DNA of 64,000 nt from Candidatus Omnitrophota bacterium (GTDB taxonomy: Bacteria; Omnitrophota; Gorgyraeia; Zapsychrales; Aceulaceae), in assembly GCA_028693815.1 (NCBI GenBank), contig JAQUUP010000001.1, positions 8,433 to 72,432 on the forward strand. Direction: 5' to 3'. Below are positions 49,013 through 60,021 of this stretch, in pieces. Positions within the stretch are counted from its first letter, which is position 1. Every line of letters starts with the position of its first letter. The notes beneath the pieces were generated by a model. The model was given only the letters and a program-made list of their open reading frames with translations. It searched no databases and was not told the origin of the DNA. The translations under genes were made by a program, and so were the position numbers.

Positions 49013-51429
49013 TTAGTTAAAAGAATGACTGTCTTTCCGCCTGGAGTTAATTTATATTTTTTATTATTCACAACAATAAAAACTTCTGATACTCGCTGCA
49101 ATGAAATTTTCTTTAAAAGCTCTGGCCTTACAACAACTTTCTTGCGTGTAATCTCAATGTTAAACCAAATATCGCGATAACGAACAGAAAATTTCATTCT
49201 TTTCCATTTTTTTGGAAGTTGAGGATTTAAAGAAATCTGATCATCTTGAACACTCAAACCCGCAAAACAACGCATCACCAAATCAATCGTCCCAGCCATA
49301 ACACCGCAATGAATGCCTTCTTGAGTTGTTCCGCCTTGTGTATCATAAAGATCACTTTTAAGCGCATCCTTAAAATGTTCCATTGCCAGGTCTTCATACC
49401 CGATGCGCTGCGCCAGATAGGCGTGAACCACACGACTCAGCGTCGAACCATGGGAAGTGCGCTGAACATAATAGTCATAATTCTTTCGAAACATATCCTT
49501 AGAAACTGGATATCCTAACTTCTTAAAAATTGCGCGAATTTCTTCGTCATTCAAAAGATAAAAAGTCATCAACGTATCTGCCTGCTTAGCAACTTTATAA
49601 TTATCGGGAGAAGTTCCCTCTGCCTTTAAGATACGATCAATGCGATGAATATTGTCATATTTTTCTCGATACTCATCCCAATCTAATTCTTTAAGATCCA
49701 TGTATCCTTCAAATTGATGAATAATGCCATCTTTTCCAATTACGATTTCCATTTTAGTTGTAATATCTTTCCACCGCTCAACTTCCTCGGGGGTTACCTC
49801 AATTTTCAAAAGAAGAGCATGTCTATCTTCTTCGCTCATAGAATCAAGCAAAAATAATGCTTTTTCTAAAATCCAAACAACTAAAATATTCGTATACGCA
49901 TTATTTTTAAGGCCAGATTTTTTTGAACCAGGAATTTTTTCATGAAACTCATCTGGCCCCATAACGTTCTCTATATAATATCTTTGTTTTTTTTCATCGA
50001 ACTTTGAAATACTTGACCAAAAATGAGAAATTTCTAAAATCATTTCCGCGCCATAACGATTAAGAAAATCACTATCACCAGAAGTGTAATAATACGTCCA
50101 AACATTATAGGCAATTGCAATTGAAACATGTCTTTGGAGACAGCTATAATCCGGTCCCCACTTTCCAGACATAGGATTCAGATGAACGGTTTGGGTTGTT
50201 TCATTGCCGCCAGACGCGCTTTGCCATGGATACATTGCTCCCTTATATCCATTTTCTCTGGCATATTCTTTTGCTGCAAAAAGCCGACGATAACGATACA
50301 TTAAAAGCGCTCTGGTGATTTCTGGAGCTTTTAAATTATAAAAAGGATAAACATAAAGTTCGTCCCAAAAAATGTGTCCGCGATACGCCTCACCATGAAG
50401 GCCTCTAGCTGGAAGACCTGCATCAATTTCTTCATTATAAGTTGATGCCACTTGAAGAGAATGAAATGCATGCAATCGCAGCACAAGCTGACTTAATTCA
50501 TCGCCTTCGATTTCAATATCACATTTTTTCCATAAAGCACGCCATCGAGCCGCATGCGCCCGATAAAGGCTATCAAAACTTTCTATTTTTGAAACAGATT
50601 CCTGCGCAGCCAAACAATTATCAACAATCCCCTGATCTCGAGAAGTGTACAAACTCATTAATTTATCAACGACATATTTCTTTCCTTTTTGAACATCAAT
50701 AGTAAATTCTTTAACAGCACGTTCATGGCCGTGCGTTAAAACACGCATATTAGGATATATCCTCTTATTATCACGAAAAACAAGTGTCCGCGTTGCCTCT
50801 GTGATTTCAATCTTTGATTGATTTGTTTGCATTTGCAAAAAAAGTCCATCGCGTCCAAAACAACCCAAAGATTTTGCTTCTAAATGTTTCGAACTAAGCT
50901 GCTTATATCTTTCAACGCCAGCATTGATAATTTGACCATCAATTCCACTTCGAATAGTTATCTTACCGCTATAATTTTCGGGAGTAATTGTACAGCGAAG
51001 AGCCGCGCAATGAGGACTTGCCATGCTAACAATGCGATAATTATCCATTGCTGTAATTCGCCCTTGTTCGTCTTGCCAGCGCACTCGACGAGACAAAACG
51101 CCTTTACGCATATCAAGCGTCACTCTCCAAGAAAGAATTTTTACTTTCAGGCGATCAAACCAAGCACCATCTCCAACACGAAGATTAAGCATTAGCCAAT
51201 TAGGACAATTAACAAAATCTTCATTAGCAACTTTTCGCCCAGCGATATCTGTCACAAGCTCATTATAAACACCTGCAATATATGTACCCGGATAATGGAC
51301 TTTTGTTGCTACCGTCTCTGGCGCAGCGCCTCGCGTTCCAAAATATCCATTGCCGAGAGTACAAAGCGCTTCTCTTAGATTTTCCTCTTCTGGAACAAAT
51401 TTATCGTATATCAATTTCCATGTATTCAT
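48991..51429 (-). CDS. Glycoside hydrolase family 65 disaccharide phosphorylase (maltose / trehalose / trehalose-6-P / kojibiose type)
   Basis: 812 aa; GH65 N-terminal LGNGYFGTRGA and the catalytic (alpha/alpha)6 barrel region. Confidence 0.85.
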   Translation of the reverse strand: MNTWKLIYDKFVPEEENLREALCTLGNGYFGTRGAAPETVATKVHYPGTYIAGVYNELVTDIAGRKVANEDFVNCPNWLMLNLRVGDGAWFDRLKVKILSWRVTLDMRKGVLSRRVRWQDEQGRITAMDNYRIVSMASPHCAALRCTITPENYSGKITIRSGIDGQIINAGVERYKQLSSKHLEAKSLGCFGRDGLFLQMQTNQSKIEITEATRTLVFRDNKRIYPNMRVLTHGHERAVKEFTIDVQKGKKYVVDKLMSLYTSRDQGIVDNCLAAQESVSKIESFDSLYRAHAARWRALWKKCDIEIEGDELSQLVLRLHAFHSLQVASTYNEEIDAGLPARGLHGEAYRGHIFWDELYVYPFYNLKAPEITRALLMYRYRRLFAAKEYARENGYKGAMYPWQSASGGNETTQTVHLNPMSGKWGPDYSCLQRHVSIAIAYNVWTYYYTSGDSDFLNRYGAEMILEISHFWSSISKFDEKKQRYYIENVMGPDEFHEKIPGSKKSGLKNNAYTNILVVWILEKALFLLDSMSEEDRHALLLKIEVTPEEVERWKDITTKMEIVIGKDGIIHQFEGYMDLKELDWDEYREKYDNIHRIDRILKAEGTSPDNYKVAKQADTLMTFYLLNDEEIRAIFKKLGYPVSKDMFRKNYDYYVQRTSHGSTLSRVVHAYLAQRIGYEDLAMEHFKDALKSDLYDTQGGTTQEGIHCGVMAGTIDLVMRCFAGLSVQDDQISLNPQLPKKWKRMKFSVRYRDIWFNIEITRKKVVVRPELLKKISLQRVSEVFIVVNNKKYKLTPGGKTVILLTKWLPIKF

Positions 51430-51433
51430 TTTT

Positions 51434-52228
51434 TTAGCTCAAATCAATAAATGTTTGTAAAACTTTTTTAACATCACCAGAGTCTCTAACAATATACTCT
51501 GCTTGCGTGTCTCTTAGCTCTGTCGAAACCAAAACACCAAAACCTTTTTCCTTTAACGCTCTAAACGCATCTTCATCTGTAGTATCATCGCCTAAATAAA
51601 CAGGCAAAATATTTTTTTGTTCTTTTTCAAAAACGCTTAAAATCCAATCGACTGCTTTCCCTTTGTGCCAATCAATTTTAGGGCGAATTTCAAAAACTTT
51701 TTTACCACTCGTCTTACGCAACTGAGGATATTCAGACAAAACAGAATCAACTTGATTTTCAAAAACTTCAAAATCCTCATCCTTCACCAAGCGATAATGA
51801 CACGATACAGTATATTTTACATTTTCAATCAAAGCCCCCTCAATATTCTTAACGCGCTCTGCAAGTTTTGCTTGAACCTCGTCAATTACAGGGCGAATTT
51901 TTTGTGCTTCTTCGTTGATCTTGACTTCTCCTTGAGGATCATTAATTTCAAAACCATGGCTTCCAGCATAAAAAATACCACTAATTTTAACCTTGCTTCG
52001 AACATCATCTGTCGCGCGACCCGAAACAATCGCAACCTTCACCTTTTTAGAAAGACTTTCAACAACATTTCTCATTTCATCAGAAATAATTGCTAAATCT
52101 GGAGTCGACACAATTGGAGTAAGCGTTCCATCATAATCTAAAAAAACTACCAAAGTTTTTCCGTCTAAGCGCGCTTTGATCTCATCTAAATTCTCAAAAA
52201 AGTTCTTTAAATTTTGTCCACAATCCAT
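51434..52228 (-). CDS. otsB: Trehalose-6-phosphate phosphatase (HAD-IIB)
   Basis: LVVFLDYDGTLTPIV, IVSGR, YAGSHG, GDDTTDEDAF motifs. Confidence 0.8.
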   Translation of the reverse strand: MDCGQNLKNFFENLDEIKARLDGKTLVVFLDYDGTLTPIVSTPDLAIISDEMRNVVESLSKKVKVAIVSGRATDDVRSKVKISGIFYAGSHGFEINDPQGEVKINEEAQKIRPVIDEVQAKLAERVKNIEGALIENVKYTVSCHYRLVKDEDFEVFENQVDSVLSEYPQLRKTSGKKVFEIRPKIDWHKGKAVDWILSVFEKEQKNILPVYLGDDTTDEDAFRALKEKGFGVLVSTELRDTQAEYIVRDSGDVKKVLQTFIDLS

Positions 52229-52965
52229 TGATCTATCCTCTGTGCATTAACATTCTCAAGATTAGTAACAACAACATCTGCGCCGTTACTTTGAAGTTCT
52301 TTTTCGTTTCCTTCACGTGCTACACCTAAAACAAAAGCAAAGCCTCCATTTTTTCCTGCCTGAACCCCTGAAACTGCATCCTCAACAACAACAGCTCTAT
52401 CGGGAGTGCATCCCACATTCTTACAAGCTGTTACAAAAATATCCCCTTCAGGTTTTCCTTTTAAACCTAATTCAGCTGAAACAACGCCATCAACGCGCGT
52501 TTCAAAAAGATCTTCTAAGCCTGTTTTTTGCAAAATAAGTTGACAATTCTTACTCGAAGAAGCAACGCCAACATGAACACCATTTGCCTTTAGATCCTTT
52601 ATTAAAGCCACAGCAGGATCAAAAACTTCAGCTCCTTTTTCCGCTAAAATATTCTTAAACATAATATTTTTCTTGTTTCCAAGTCCACAAGCTGTTTCCA
52701 TGTCTGGAGCATCAGCCGGATCTCCATAAGGAATATCAATTCCTCGAGATTCTAAAAAGCTCTGAACACCTTTATACCGAGGTTTTCCATCAACAAAAGG
52801 AAGATAATCTTTTTCATGTGTAAATTCCTTAAAAGATTCGCCATCTCTCTGCTCTCTAGATTTAAGATATTCGTCAAACATCTCTTTCCACGAAGCTGCA
52901 TGAGCTAAAGCCGTTTTTGTAATAACACCATCTAAATCAAAAATAACCGCATCATAATTTTTCAT
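52207..52965 (-). CDS. pgmB: Beta-phosphoglucomutase (HAD-IA)
   Basis: AVIFDLDGVITKT; KPEGDIF; VVVEDAVSGVQAGKNGG. Confidence 0.85.
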   Translation of the reverse strand: MKNYDAVIFDLDGVITKTALAHAASWKEMFDEYLKSREQRDGESFKEFTHEKDYLPFVDGKPRYKGVQSFLESRGIDIPYGDPADAPDMETACGLGNKKNIMFKNILAEKGAEVFDPAVALIKDLKANGVHVGVASSSKNCQLILQKTGLEDLFETRVDGVVSAELGLKGKPEGDIFVTACKNVGCTPDRAVVVEDAVSGVQAGKNGGFAFVLGVAREGNEKELQSNGADVVVTNLENVNAQRIDQWIVDKI

Positions 52966-53097
52966 CTCAAATTCCTTTTCTAAACCTTTATTTCGCTGAT
53001 ACTTAGAGCTTTAATGTAACAAGAGCAAATACATTAAATATTATACGCGATTTGTCATCTGATGGCAAGCAGTTCTCCTAAAGTCCACCGCTTTTCC

Positions 53098-53640
53098 TCA
53101 ATATTCTGCAGTCATAACATAATCAGCAAAAACAGATAATGTTTTACCCCCTATTTTTCCATCAGCTTTTAGTCCATTTGCTTCTTGAAACTGCTGAATA
53201 GCTAAAATTGTCTTTGGGCCTAATTTCCCATCTATTTTTCCTGGAGAAAAGCCTTCTTTAATCAAAATTTGCTGAATAAAAGCCACATCAATTTCTCCAT
53301 CAAAAACAAGACCTAGATCTTTAAAGAAATTTAATTCTTTCCACGTTGCCTTATCGACATACCGGTTAACCTTAATCTGGCGGTCTTCTTGAAATCTTGC
53401 AATCGCGTCTCTAACCTTAGGCCCCATTTTTCCATCTATTTTTCCGCAAGAATACCCATTAACCTTTAAAAGTTCTTGAACCTGCTCAACCTGTTCATTG
53501 TACATAAAAGGGATAATCTCTCCAATTAAAGCCTTTTCTTCAGCTGCTTCTCTTTGAATAAGACCATAAATAAAATCACACCCTAAAAAACTTTGAGCAC
53601 ACATGAAAAAGACTAATAAAAATATTAATTTTCTTCTCAC
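53098..53640 (-). CDS. Lipoprotein with two peptidoglycan-binding (PG_binding_1) domains
   Basis: Lipobox FLGC; two repeats of NGYSCGKIDGKMGPKVRDAIARFQ / EGFSPGKIDGKLGPKTILAIQQFQEANGLKADGKIG. Confidence 0.7.
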   Translation of the reverse strand: MRRKLIFLLVFFMCAQSFLGCDFIYGLIQREAAEEKALIGEIIPFMYNEQVEQVQELLKVNGYSCGKIDGKMGPKVRDAIARFQEDRQIKVNRYVDKATWKELNFFKDLGLVFDGEIDVAFIQQILIKEGFSPGKIDGKLGPKTILAIQQFQEANGLKADGKIGGKTLSVFADYVMTAEY

Positions 53641-53654
53641 TTTGGCCTCTAAAA

Positions 53655-53690
53655 AATAATCGGCTCTTATCGTTAAAAGACAAGAGCCGA
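53655..53690 (-). terminator. Rho-independent terminator downstream of the REC gene (9-bp stem TCGGCTCTT/AAGAGCCGA + U-tract)
   Basis: Minus strand: AGUCGGCUCUU-GUCUUUUAACGAU-AAGAGCCGAUUAUUUUUU. Confidence 0.55.
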
Positions 53691-53711
53691 CTTTATTAAA
53701 TTTTGGATTTC

Positions 53712-54071
53712 TTAAGAAATTAATTTCTCAATAGACTCTAAAATATACTTGAAATCCACTGTCTTAACTGTAAAATCATCTGCCCCGGCCTCTCTAGCTC
53801 TTCTAGCATCTACTGCTTCTAATTTTCCAGTATAAATAATAATTTTTACTTCATCATTATCATCTTTAATTTTTCGACACACATCAAATCCGTTTTCATC
53901 GGGAAGCATAACGTCCAAAATAATGGTACAAGGATTTTCTTTTGCAAAAATTTCTAAACCTTCTTTTGCCGTTGAAGCAACAAAAGTTTCATATCCTGCT
54001 GCCACAAGATTTGCTTTTAATATTTTTTGAATATCTATTTCATCTTCAATAACTAAAATCTTTTTTTTCAT
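53712..54071 (-). CDS. Single-domain response regulator (REC)
   Basis: 119 aa; KILVIEDE...IILDVMLPDENG...YTGK...FTVKTV. Confidence 0.85.
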   Translation of the reverse strand: MKKKILVIEDEIDIQKILKANLVAAGYETFVASTAKEGLEIFAKENPCTIILDVMLPDENGFDVCRKIKDDNDEVKIIIYTGKLEAVDARRAREAGADDFTVKTVDFKYILESIEKLIS

Positions 54072-54080
54072 CCTCTTCTC

Positions 54081-54449
54081 CTAACTTAACATTTTCTTTA
54101 TTTTTGCCAACAACTCATCATAATCAAACGGCTTAAACATATAATCCTGCGCTCCAGCCTCCGCAGCTCTTTCCTTAAAACCTTCAGATGCTGTTGATGC
54201 TGTTAAGAACATAACAGGGATGTCTTTAGAATGCTCATCTGCTTTAATTCTTCTACAGACTTCAAATCCATTCAGCACAGGAAGCGTAATGTCTAAAAGA
54301 ATAAGATCGGGACGATCTTCTGCAATCATGTCCAAGGCCATTTGCCCATTAATAGCTGTTTTAATATCATACCCTTCTTTTTTAAGACGAAAAATAACAA
54401 CCTTTAAAATATCTGGCTCATCATCAACAGCTAAAATTTTCTTAGACAC
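54081..54449 (-). CDS. Single-domain response regulator (REC)
   Basis: 122 aa; KILAVDDEPDI...DLILLDITLPVLNG...LTAS...YMFKPF. Confidence 0.85.
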   Translation of the reverse strand: MSKKILAVDDEPDILKVVIFRLKKEGYDIKTAINGQMALDMIAEDRPDLILLDITLPVLNGFEVCRRIKADEHSKDIPVMFLTASTASEGFKERAAEAGAQDYMFKPFDYDELLAKIKKMLS

Positions 54450-54471
54450 AATGCCCTCCTATCAATCAACC

Positions 54472-57400
54472 TTATCTTTTTCTTCTCTCTTCTATCGGCA
54501 AAAGAAATGAAAAGGCACTTCCTTTTCCGTGTTCGGATTCTACCCAAATCTTTCCTCCATGACCTTCAACAATTTTCTTCGAAATAGCAAGACCAAGCCC
54601 TGTGCTTCCTGTTTTTCTTTCTTTGCCTTTCTTTAGCTGACTAAACGTTTGAAAAAGCCTCTCAAAATCTTCTTCTTTAATTCCTTCACCTTGATCAATA
54701 ACAGAAATCTGAACCGTATTATGTTCCAATGTTGTTTTAATTGTGATCGGCTTGCCCCCTGCATATTTAATAGCATTATTCACTAAATTTGTTACAACTT
54801 GCGTAACACGATCATGATCCATGCTCACCTTTGGAATATTTCCATCTAAATCAAGCTTAAGATCCGATCCCTCTTTTTGAGCAATCGTTTCCATCGTCTG
54901 AACAACTTCTTCAACTAACAAATTAATATCGCTCAGCTCAAAATCAAAAGTCATTTGCTGAGCATCTAACTTTTGAAAATCTAAAACATCGTTAATCAGA
55001 CGAGAGAGTCTCTCTACGTTTCTTTTTGCTACAGATAAAAACTCCGCTTGATCAGGATTCACTTCGCCAGTGACGCCATCGGCAACAATCGAGACACCTT
55101 CTTTAATGGCAGTCAAAGGAGTGCGGAGCTCATGAGACACAACAGAAATAAATTCACTTTTCATCCGCATAGCATCAAGAGCTTTTTCTTCTGCTTTCTT
55201 TCGTGCTGTAATATCTTCTTTTACAGCCAAGAAATATGTTATTTCTCCTTTTTCGTTTCGAATAGGAGAGATCGAGGCAAGCTCCCAATATTCTTCTCCA
55301 CTTTTCTTTTTATTGCAAAATTCCCCTCGCCATTCATTCCCACTTAAAATTGTGCTCCACAATTCTTGATAAACTTCTTTCGGTTGATCTCCTGATTTTA
55401 GAATTCTTGGATTTTGTCCAACAGCTTCCTTTGAAGTGTATCCGGTTAGCTCACAAAATTTTGGATTTACATAAACAATATTGCCTTCAGGATCTGTAAT
55501 CACAACTGTGCTTGGACTCTGCTCAACAGCTCGAGACAATTTAATAAGCTCAATCTCTGTTTCTTTTCTTTTTGTAATATTTTCCATTAAGCCAATATTA
55601 GAAAAAATGCGACCTTCCTTGTCAAAGCTTAAAAATCCTCGATCATAAAACCACAAATATGTTCCATCTTTACATCGAAAACGATATTCACAACTAAAAT
55701 TTTTCTTTTCATCAATAGCCTGTTTAAGCGATTTTTCTACATTTAAAACATCTTCTGGATGACACTTGCTAAGCCATTGTTCAGTATTGCTCCCCATTTC
55801 TTCAAGAGTATACCCTAAGGTTTCTAAAAAATTTCCACCCCAAACAATCTTATCTTCTAAGAAATAATGCTCATAAACAATCTGACTAACTGCGCTCACA
55901 AGTGCTGTATTTTTCGCTAAAGCCTCCGCTATTCTTAACTCACCTTTTTTTCTTTCAGTAATGTCCTCAAAGCTTTCGATGCCCCCTACAACATTACCCT
56001 GAGAATCCAAAAGCAAATCAGCATTCTTTGAAATAATTCTAATCTCGCCATCTTTTCTTTTAATATGACATTCTTTGTTTGTAAGCGGTTTTTCAATAGA
56101 ATCTGAAAACAAACCACAAAGATCCCTGCACGGATAATCAGCAAACAATGAACATTGTTTTCCAATAACATCTCCTGACAAATACCCAGTCACCTCTTCC
56201 GCTCTCTTGTTCCATCGGACAATCTTTTTGTTTACATCAACTATAAAAATAGCACTTGGAGAAAGCTCAAAAATTCGCTCAGCCGATTCTTTGGCGGCAA
56301 TAATTTCCCTCTGAAACTCCTCAAGCTTTTCTGTCTTATCAGAAAGTTCTCCATAAAGAGCCTTAATCGCATCATTTGTTTTCTCAAGACCCCACGCTTT
56401 TTCTTTTAAAGCCTCTTGAGTTTCTCTCAAAACTTCTTGCGCTTTTTTTTCTTGCGTTATGTCACGTGCAATCGTCGCAATCTCAACAATCTTTCCCTGT
56501 TTATTTTTAATAGGTGAGATATTTAATGAAACATTTATTGATGTTCCGTCTTTTCTTTGTCTCTTTGTCTCATAATTTCTAATTGTTTCTCCCTGCTTAA
56601 TCCGCTTAAGAATATCTAAAATCTCACCTTGCTGTTCTTTTGAAACAAGCATTGTTATCGACTTTCCGATAACATCCTTAGCAGAATATCCATATATTCT
56701 TTCTGCTTCTTTATTCCAGCTTAAAATCTTGCCATCTAAACTCTTTCCGATAATCGCTTCGCTAGAAGATTCTACAATCGCATAAAAACGAAGCAAATCT
56801 TCCGCAGATTTGTTAATCAAGCTAACAACAACAAAAAAAACTGTTACTAAAATAACAAGGAACAAGGAAAAAATAATGCCAAAAAATGAATACGTCTGCA
56901 CTTGCTGCGAAGAAATAACCATCGCCACAGACCACCCAGAAACATTAATTGGATGGCTAAAGAAAAGAAATGGTTTATCTTGAAACTCAATGGGCTCGCC
57001 GCTATTAACTTTCTTCTTTAAAATCGATTCAAAAGGTCCTGGTCCAAATTGTTTTGTAGAAACAAGCATTTCTTTTTGATCTGAATTAAGCGGCCATAAA
57101 GAGTTGAGAACTTTTTTAGGACTACTTGAAAGAAAAACAATTCCATTGGGATCAATTAGAAAACATAAATCAAATTTTGAAAAATCTCTTGCTAAAGAAT
57201 CGATTTCTCTTTTAATCACAACGATACCTACAATATTGCCAAGCTCATCTTTAGCAGGAGCTGAAAAATAAATTCCTCGCTTTTTCGAAGTTACTCCATA
57301 AGCAAAATAACGGCCCAGATCACCTTTTTTTGCACTTTCGAAATAAGGTCGAAACTTATAATTCTTTCCAACAAAACTATCTAAACTCTCATGATTTGAG

Positions 57401-57759
57401 GAAGCAAGTGTTGTTCCATCCAAATCTAAAACATAACAAACTGTATCTCTTAAAGCATCTGCATAACGATCTAAAACCAGGTTGATTCTTGCAAAAGTTT
57501 CAAAATCATTTGAATAAAAAATATCTTTGATCTCATCGCTGCCCGCTAAAGCCTTGACAATTCTTTCAACAGTGTCTATTTCTCGATTAACGCTACTGCT
57601 TAAAGCAAACAAAGCAGCCTCTGATTCTCGAGAAATCTCCTTTTGCGCATAATAAGATAGCTGCATTGTTAAAATGCCACCAGCAACAACAATAACAATC
57701 AAAGAAATAATATAAACAATAAAAAACTTTGATCTTAAAAAACTTTTCTTAAAACTCAT
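54472..57759 (-). CDS. Sensor histidine kinase: TM - periplasmic dCache_1 - TM - 4x PAS - HisKA - HATPase_c
   Basis: 1095 aa; Cache signature [38 protein letters not shown]...[14 protein letters not shown] between two TM helices; H-box [15 protein letters not shown]; G-box [19 protein letters not shown]. Confidence 0.85.
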   Translation of the reverse strand: MSFKKSFLRSKFFIVYIISLIVIVVAGGILTMQLSYYAQKEISRESEAALFALSSSVNREIDTVERIVKALAGSDEIKDIFYSNDFETFARINLVLDRYADALRDTVCYVLDLDGTTLASSNHESLDSFVGKNYKFRPYFESAKKGDLGRYFAYGVTSKKRGIYFSAPAKDELGNIVGIVVIKREIDSLARDFSKFDLCFLIDPNGIVFLSSSPKKVLNSLWPLNSDQKEMLVSTKQFGPGPFESILKKKVNSGEPIEFQDKPFLFFSHPINVSGWSVAMVISSQQVQTYSFFGIIFSLFLVILVTVFFVVVSLINKSAEDLLRFYAIVESSSEAIIGKSLDGKILSWNKEAERIYGYSAKDVIGKSITMLVSKEQQGEILDILKRIKQGETIRNYETKRQRKDGTSINVSLNISPIKNKQGKIVEIATIARDITQEKKAQEVLRETQEALKEKAWGLEKTNDAIKALYGELSDKTEKLEEFQREIIAAKESAERIFELSPSAIFIVDVNKKIVRWNKRAEEVTGYLSGDVIGKQCSLFADYPCRDLCGLFSDSIEKPLTNKECHIKRKDGEIRIISKNADLLLDSQGNVVGGIESFEDITERKKGELRIAEALAKNTALVSAVSQIVYEHYFLEDKIVWGGNFLETLGYTLEEMGSNTEQWLSKCHPEDVLNVEKSLKQAIDEKKNFSCEYRFRCKDGTYLWFYDRGFLSFDKEGRIFSNIGLMENITKRKETEIELIKLSRAVEQSPSTVVITDPEGNIVYVNPKFCELTGYTSKEAVGQNPRILKSGDQPKEVYQELWSTILSGNEWRGEFCNKKKSGEEYWELASISPIRNEKGEITYFLAVKEDITARKKAEEKALDAMRMKSEFISVVSHELRTPLTAIKEGVSIVADGVTGEVNPDQAEFLSVAKRNVERLSRLINDVLDFQKLDAQQMTFDFELSDINLLVEEVVQTMETIAQKEGSDLKLDLDGNIPKVSMDHDRVTQVVTNLVNNAIKYAGGKPITIKTTLEHNTVQISVIDQGEGIKEEDFERLFQTFSQLKKGKERKTGSTGLGLAISKKIVEGHGGKIWVESEHGKGSAFSFLLPIEERRKR

Positions 57760-57856
57760 TCTTTTTCTCTTTAGTTGTAACTTTTTTATTTATACTTCTT
57801 TTATTTATTTCTAAATCAAACAAAAAATATCTATTTTATTGTCAAACAAATAACTT

Positions 57857-60019
57857 TTATCGTCGTCTTAAAAGCATTTTAACTCTTGCCAGCAATTTTT
57901 CGTCATCAAATGGTTTACCCAAATAGTCATCAGCCCCAGCATCTAATCCTTCTAGCTCATCTTCTTTAGTTGTCTTTGCCGTTAACATCAAAATAGGAAT
58001 AGCTGCTGTTTCTAGCTCAGCGCGTATTCTCCGTGTCGCTATAATTCCATCCATCACAGGCATCATAACATCCATAATAATTAAATCTGGTTTTTTCTGA
58101 TGCGCTATGCGCACGCCCTCAGCACCATTTTCGGCCTCTAAAATACTATATCCGGCAGCATTAAGACGCATCCCTAAAATTTCTCTAATATCTGGCTCAT
58201 CATCAACAATCAAAATACAAAACTTCTTATTAATTTCTTGGCGAAGTTGAGAAGCTATCTTGATACTCTCTGGATCCACTTCTTCTATTTTATTCTCTTT
58301 AGCTTCATTCTTCATAGATTCTTCATGCGGAAGCTCTGAAACACGTTCAATTTCCTCTATGGTTGTTACGCCTTCAATTACTTTTTGCGCGCCGGCTTCA
58401 GCCAAAGTTCTTAGGCCATTGTCTTTTGCTTCTTTCCAAATAATGCTTTCAGGAGCCTTCTCTGATATCAGCTCTTTTATTTTTTCATTAATTTCCAAGA
58501 TTTCAAAAATAGCTGTTCGTCCAAGAAACCCCGTATATCCACAATATTCACAACCCTTTCCTCGAGACAACTTTTGAATTTTATATTTCTGAATAAAAGC
58601 ACCAAATCTTTCTTGCGCTTCTGCATCGGGAACATATTGTTCTTGACATTTAGTGCACACCAACCGAATAAGCCTTTGCGCTACAATTAAAATAACTGAT
58701 GATCCAATCAAGTATGGCTCAAGGCCGATATCATAAAGACGAATAATCGTTGCTAAAGCATTGTTGGTGTGCAACGTTGAAAAAACAAGATGTCCTGTCA
58801 AAGAAGCCCGAAACGCAATTTCAGCAGTTTCTTGATCTCGAATTTCTCCAACTAAAATCACATTAGGATCTTGACGCAAAATACTTTTTAATCCTGTTGC
58901 AAAATTAACATTTTTAGCCGGATTAACCTGAATTTGATTGATTCCCTGTATTAAGTATTCAACAGGATCTTCAATCGTAACAATATTTTTTGTCTCATTT
59001 TTAATCTCATTAAGAGCGGCATAAAGAGTAGATGTCTTTCCGCTTCCTGTTGGCCCTGTAATCAAAATCATTCCTTGCGGCCTAGAAATCACGTCTTTAA
59101 ATAATTTTAGATCTCTATCTCCGAATCCCATATTGTCTAAATCAATCTGTGCCTTTTTTTGATCTAAAAGACGAATAACAATCTTTTCTCCATGGAATGT
59201 CGGAATTGTTGAAACACGCAAATCAACTTTACGCCCTTCAATCAAAATGCTACTTCTGCCATCCTGAGGCTTTCTTGTCTCTGCGATATCCAGTTCTGTT
59301 AAAATCTTAATTCGAACAACTAAAGACGCATGAAGCCTTTTTGGAATTTTCATAATATTTTTTAAATATCCGTCAACTCGATAGCGCACCTCTACAACTT
59401 TTTCATACGGCTCAACATGAACATCGCTCGCCCTTGCCTTAACTGCATCTGAAACAATTAAATTACAAAGCCGAACAATAGGAGATTCCTTGCCAGAAAA
59501 ATATTCATCTTCAAACATTTCCTTTTCTGACTCTTTCTGAATAAGCTCAACCTTAATATCCTCAGTCATATTTTTAATAAGATCATATGTTACATCATCT
59601 AAAAGATAATATTTCTCAATATGTTTTGTGATATCGGTTTTCTTTGCCAAAATAGGCTTAACCCCTATGCCGCAAATCGCCCCAATATCTTCTAGAGCAA
59701 CAAAATCCTGAGCATCGCACATCGCAAGCAACAATTTTCCATCTTCAATTCGAACGGGAAAAACGCCATAACGCTTTGCTTTCTCATAGGGAAGTTTTTT
59801 AAGAGCTTCTTGATCAATCTCTTCTTTAGCCAAAATACAAACGGGGAGACCAAAAACTTCAGATGCAACATTAATCAAATCATCCTCTTTGATAAAATTC
59901 ATGTCCACCAAAAGCTCAGAAATTGATTTCTTGGCCCCAACTTGCTTTATTTTGGCATCTTGAATCTGCTCTCTTGTAACAAGCCCTTTTTCAACTAAAG
60001 TATCCAATAATTTACTCAT
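57857..60019 (-). CDS. Type IV pilus / T2SS assembly ATPase (PilB/GspE family) with N-terminal MshEN/GspE_N domain and a C-terminal REC receiver domain
   Basis: 720 aa; Walker A ITGPTGSGKTST; Asp/His boxes; tetracysteine CTKC...CEYC; residues about 600-720: ILIVDDEPDIREILGMRL...DLIIMDVMMPVMDG...LTAKT...YLGKPF is a complete REC. Confidence 0.8.
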   Translation of the reverse strand: MSKLLDTLVEKGLVTREQIQDAKIKQVGAKKSISELLVDMNFIKEDDLINVASEVFGLPVCILAKEEIDQEALKKLPYEKAKRYGVFPVRIEDGKLLLAMCDAQDFVALEDIGAICGIGVKPILAKKTDITKHIEKYYLLDDVTYDLIKNMTEDIKVELIQKESEKEMFEDEYFSGKESPIVRLCNLIVSDAVKARASDVHVEPYEKVVEVRYRVDGYLKNIMKIPKRLHASLVVRIKILTELDIAETRKPQDGRSSILIEGRKVDLRVSTIPTFHGEKIVIRLLDQKKAQIDLDNMGFGDRDLKLFKDVISRPQGMILITGPTGSGKTSTLYAALNEIKNETKNIVTIEDPVEYLIQGINQIQVNPAKNVNFATGLKSILRQDPNVILVGEIRDQETAEIAFRASLTGHLVFSTLHTNNALATIIRLYDIGLEPYLIGSSVILIVAQRLIRLVCTKCQEQYVPDAEAQERFGAFIQKYKIQKLSRGKGCEYCGYTGFLGRTAIFEILEINEKIKELISEKAPESIIWKEAKDNGLRTLAEAGAQKVIEGVTTIEEIERVSELPHEESMKNEAKENKIEEVDPESIKIASQLRQEINKKFCILIVDDEPDIREILGMRLNAAGYSILEAENGAEGVRIAHQKKPDLIIMDVMMPVMDGIIATRRIRAELETAAIPILMLTAKTTKEDELEGLDAGADDYLGKPFDDEKLLARVKMLLRRR

Positions 60020-60021
60020 TT

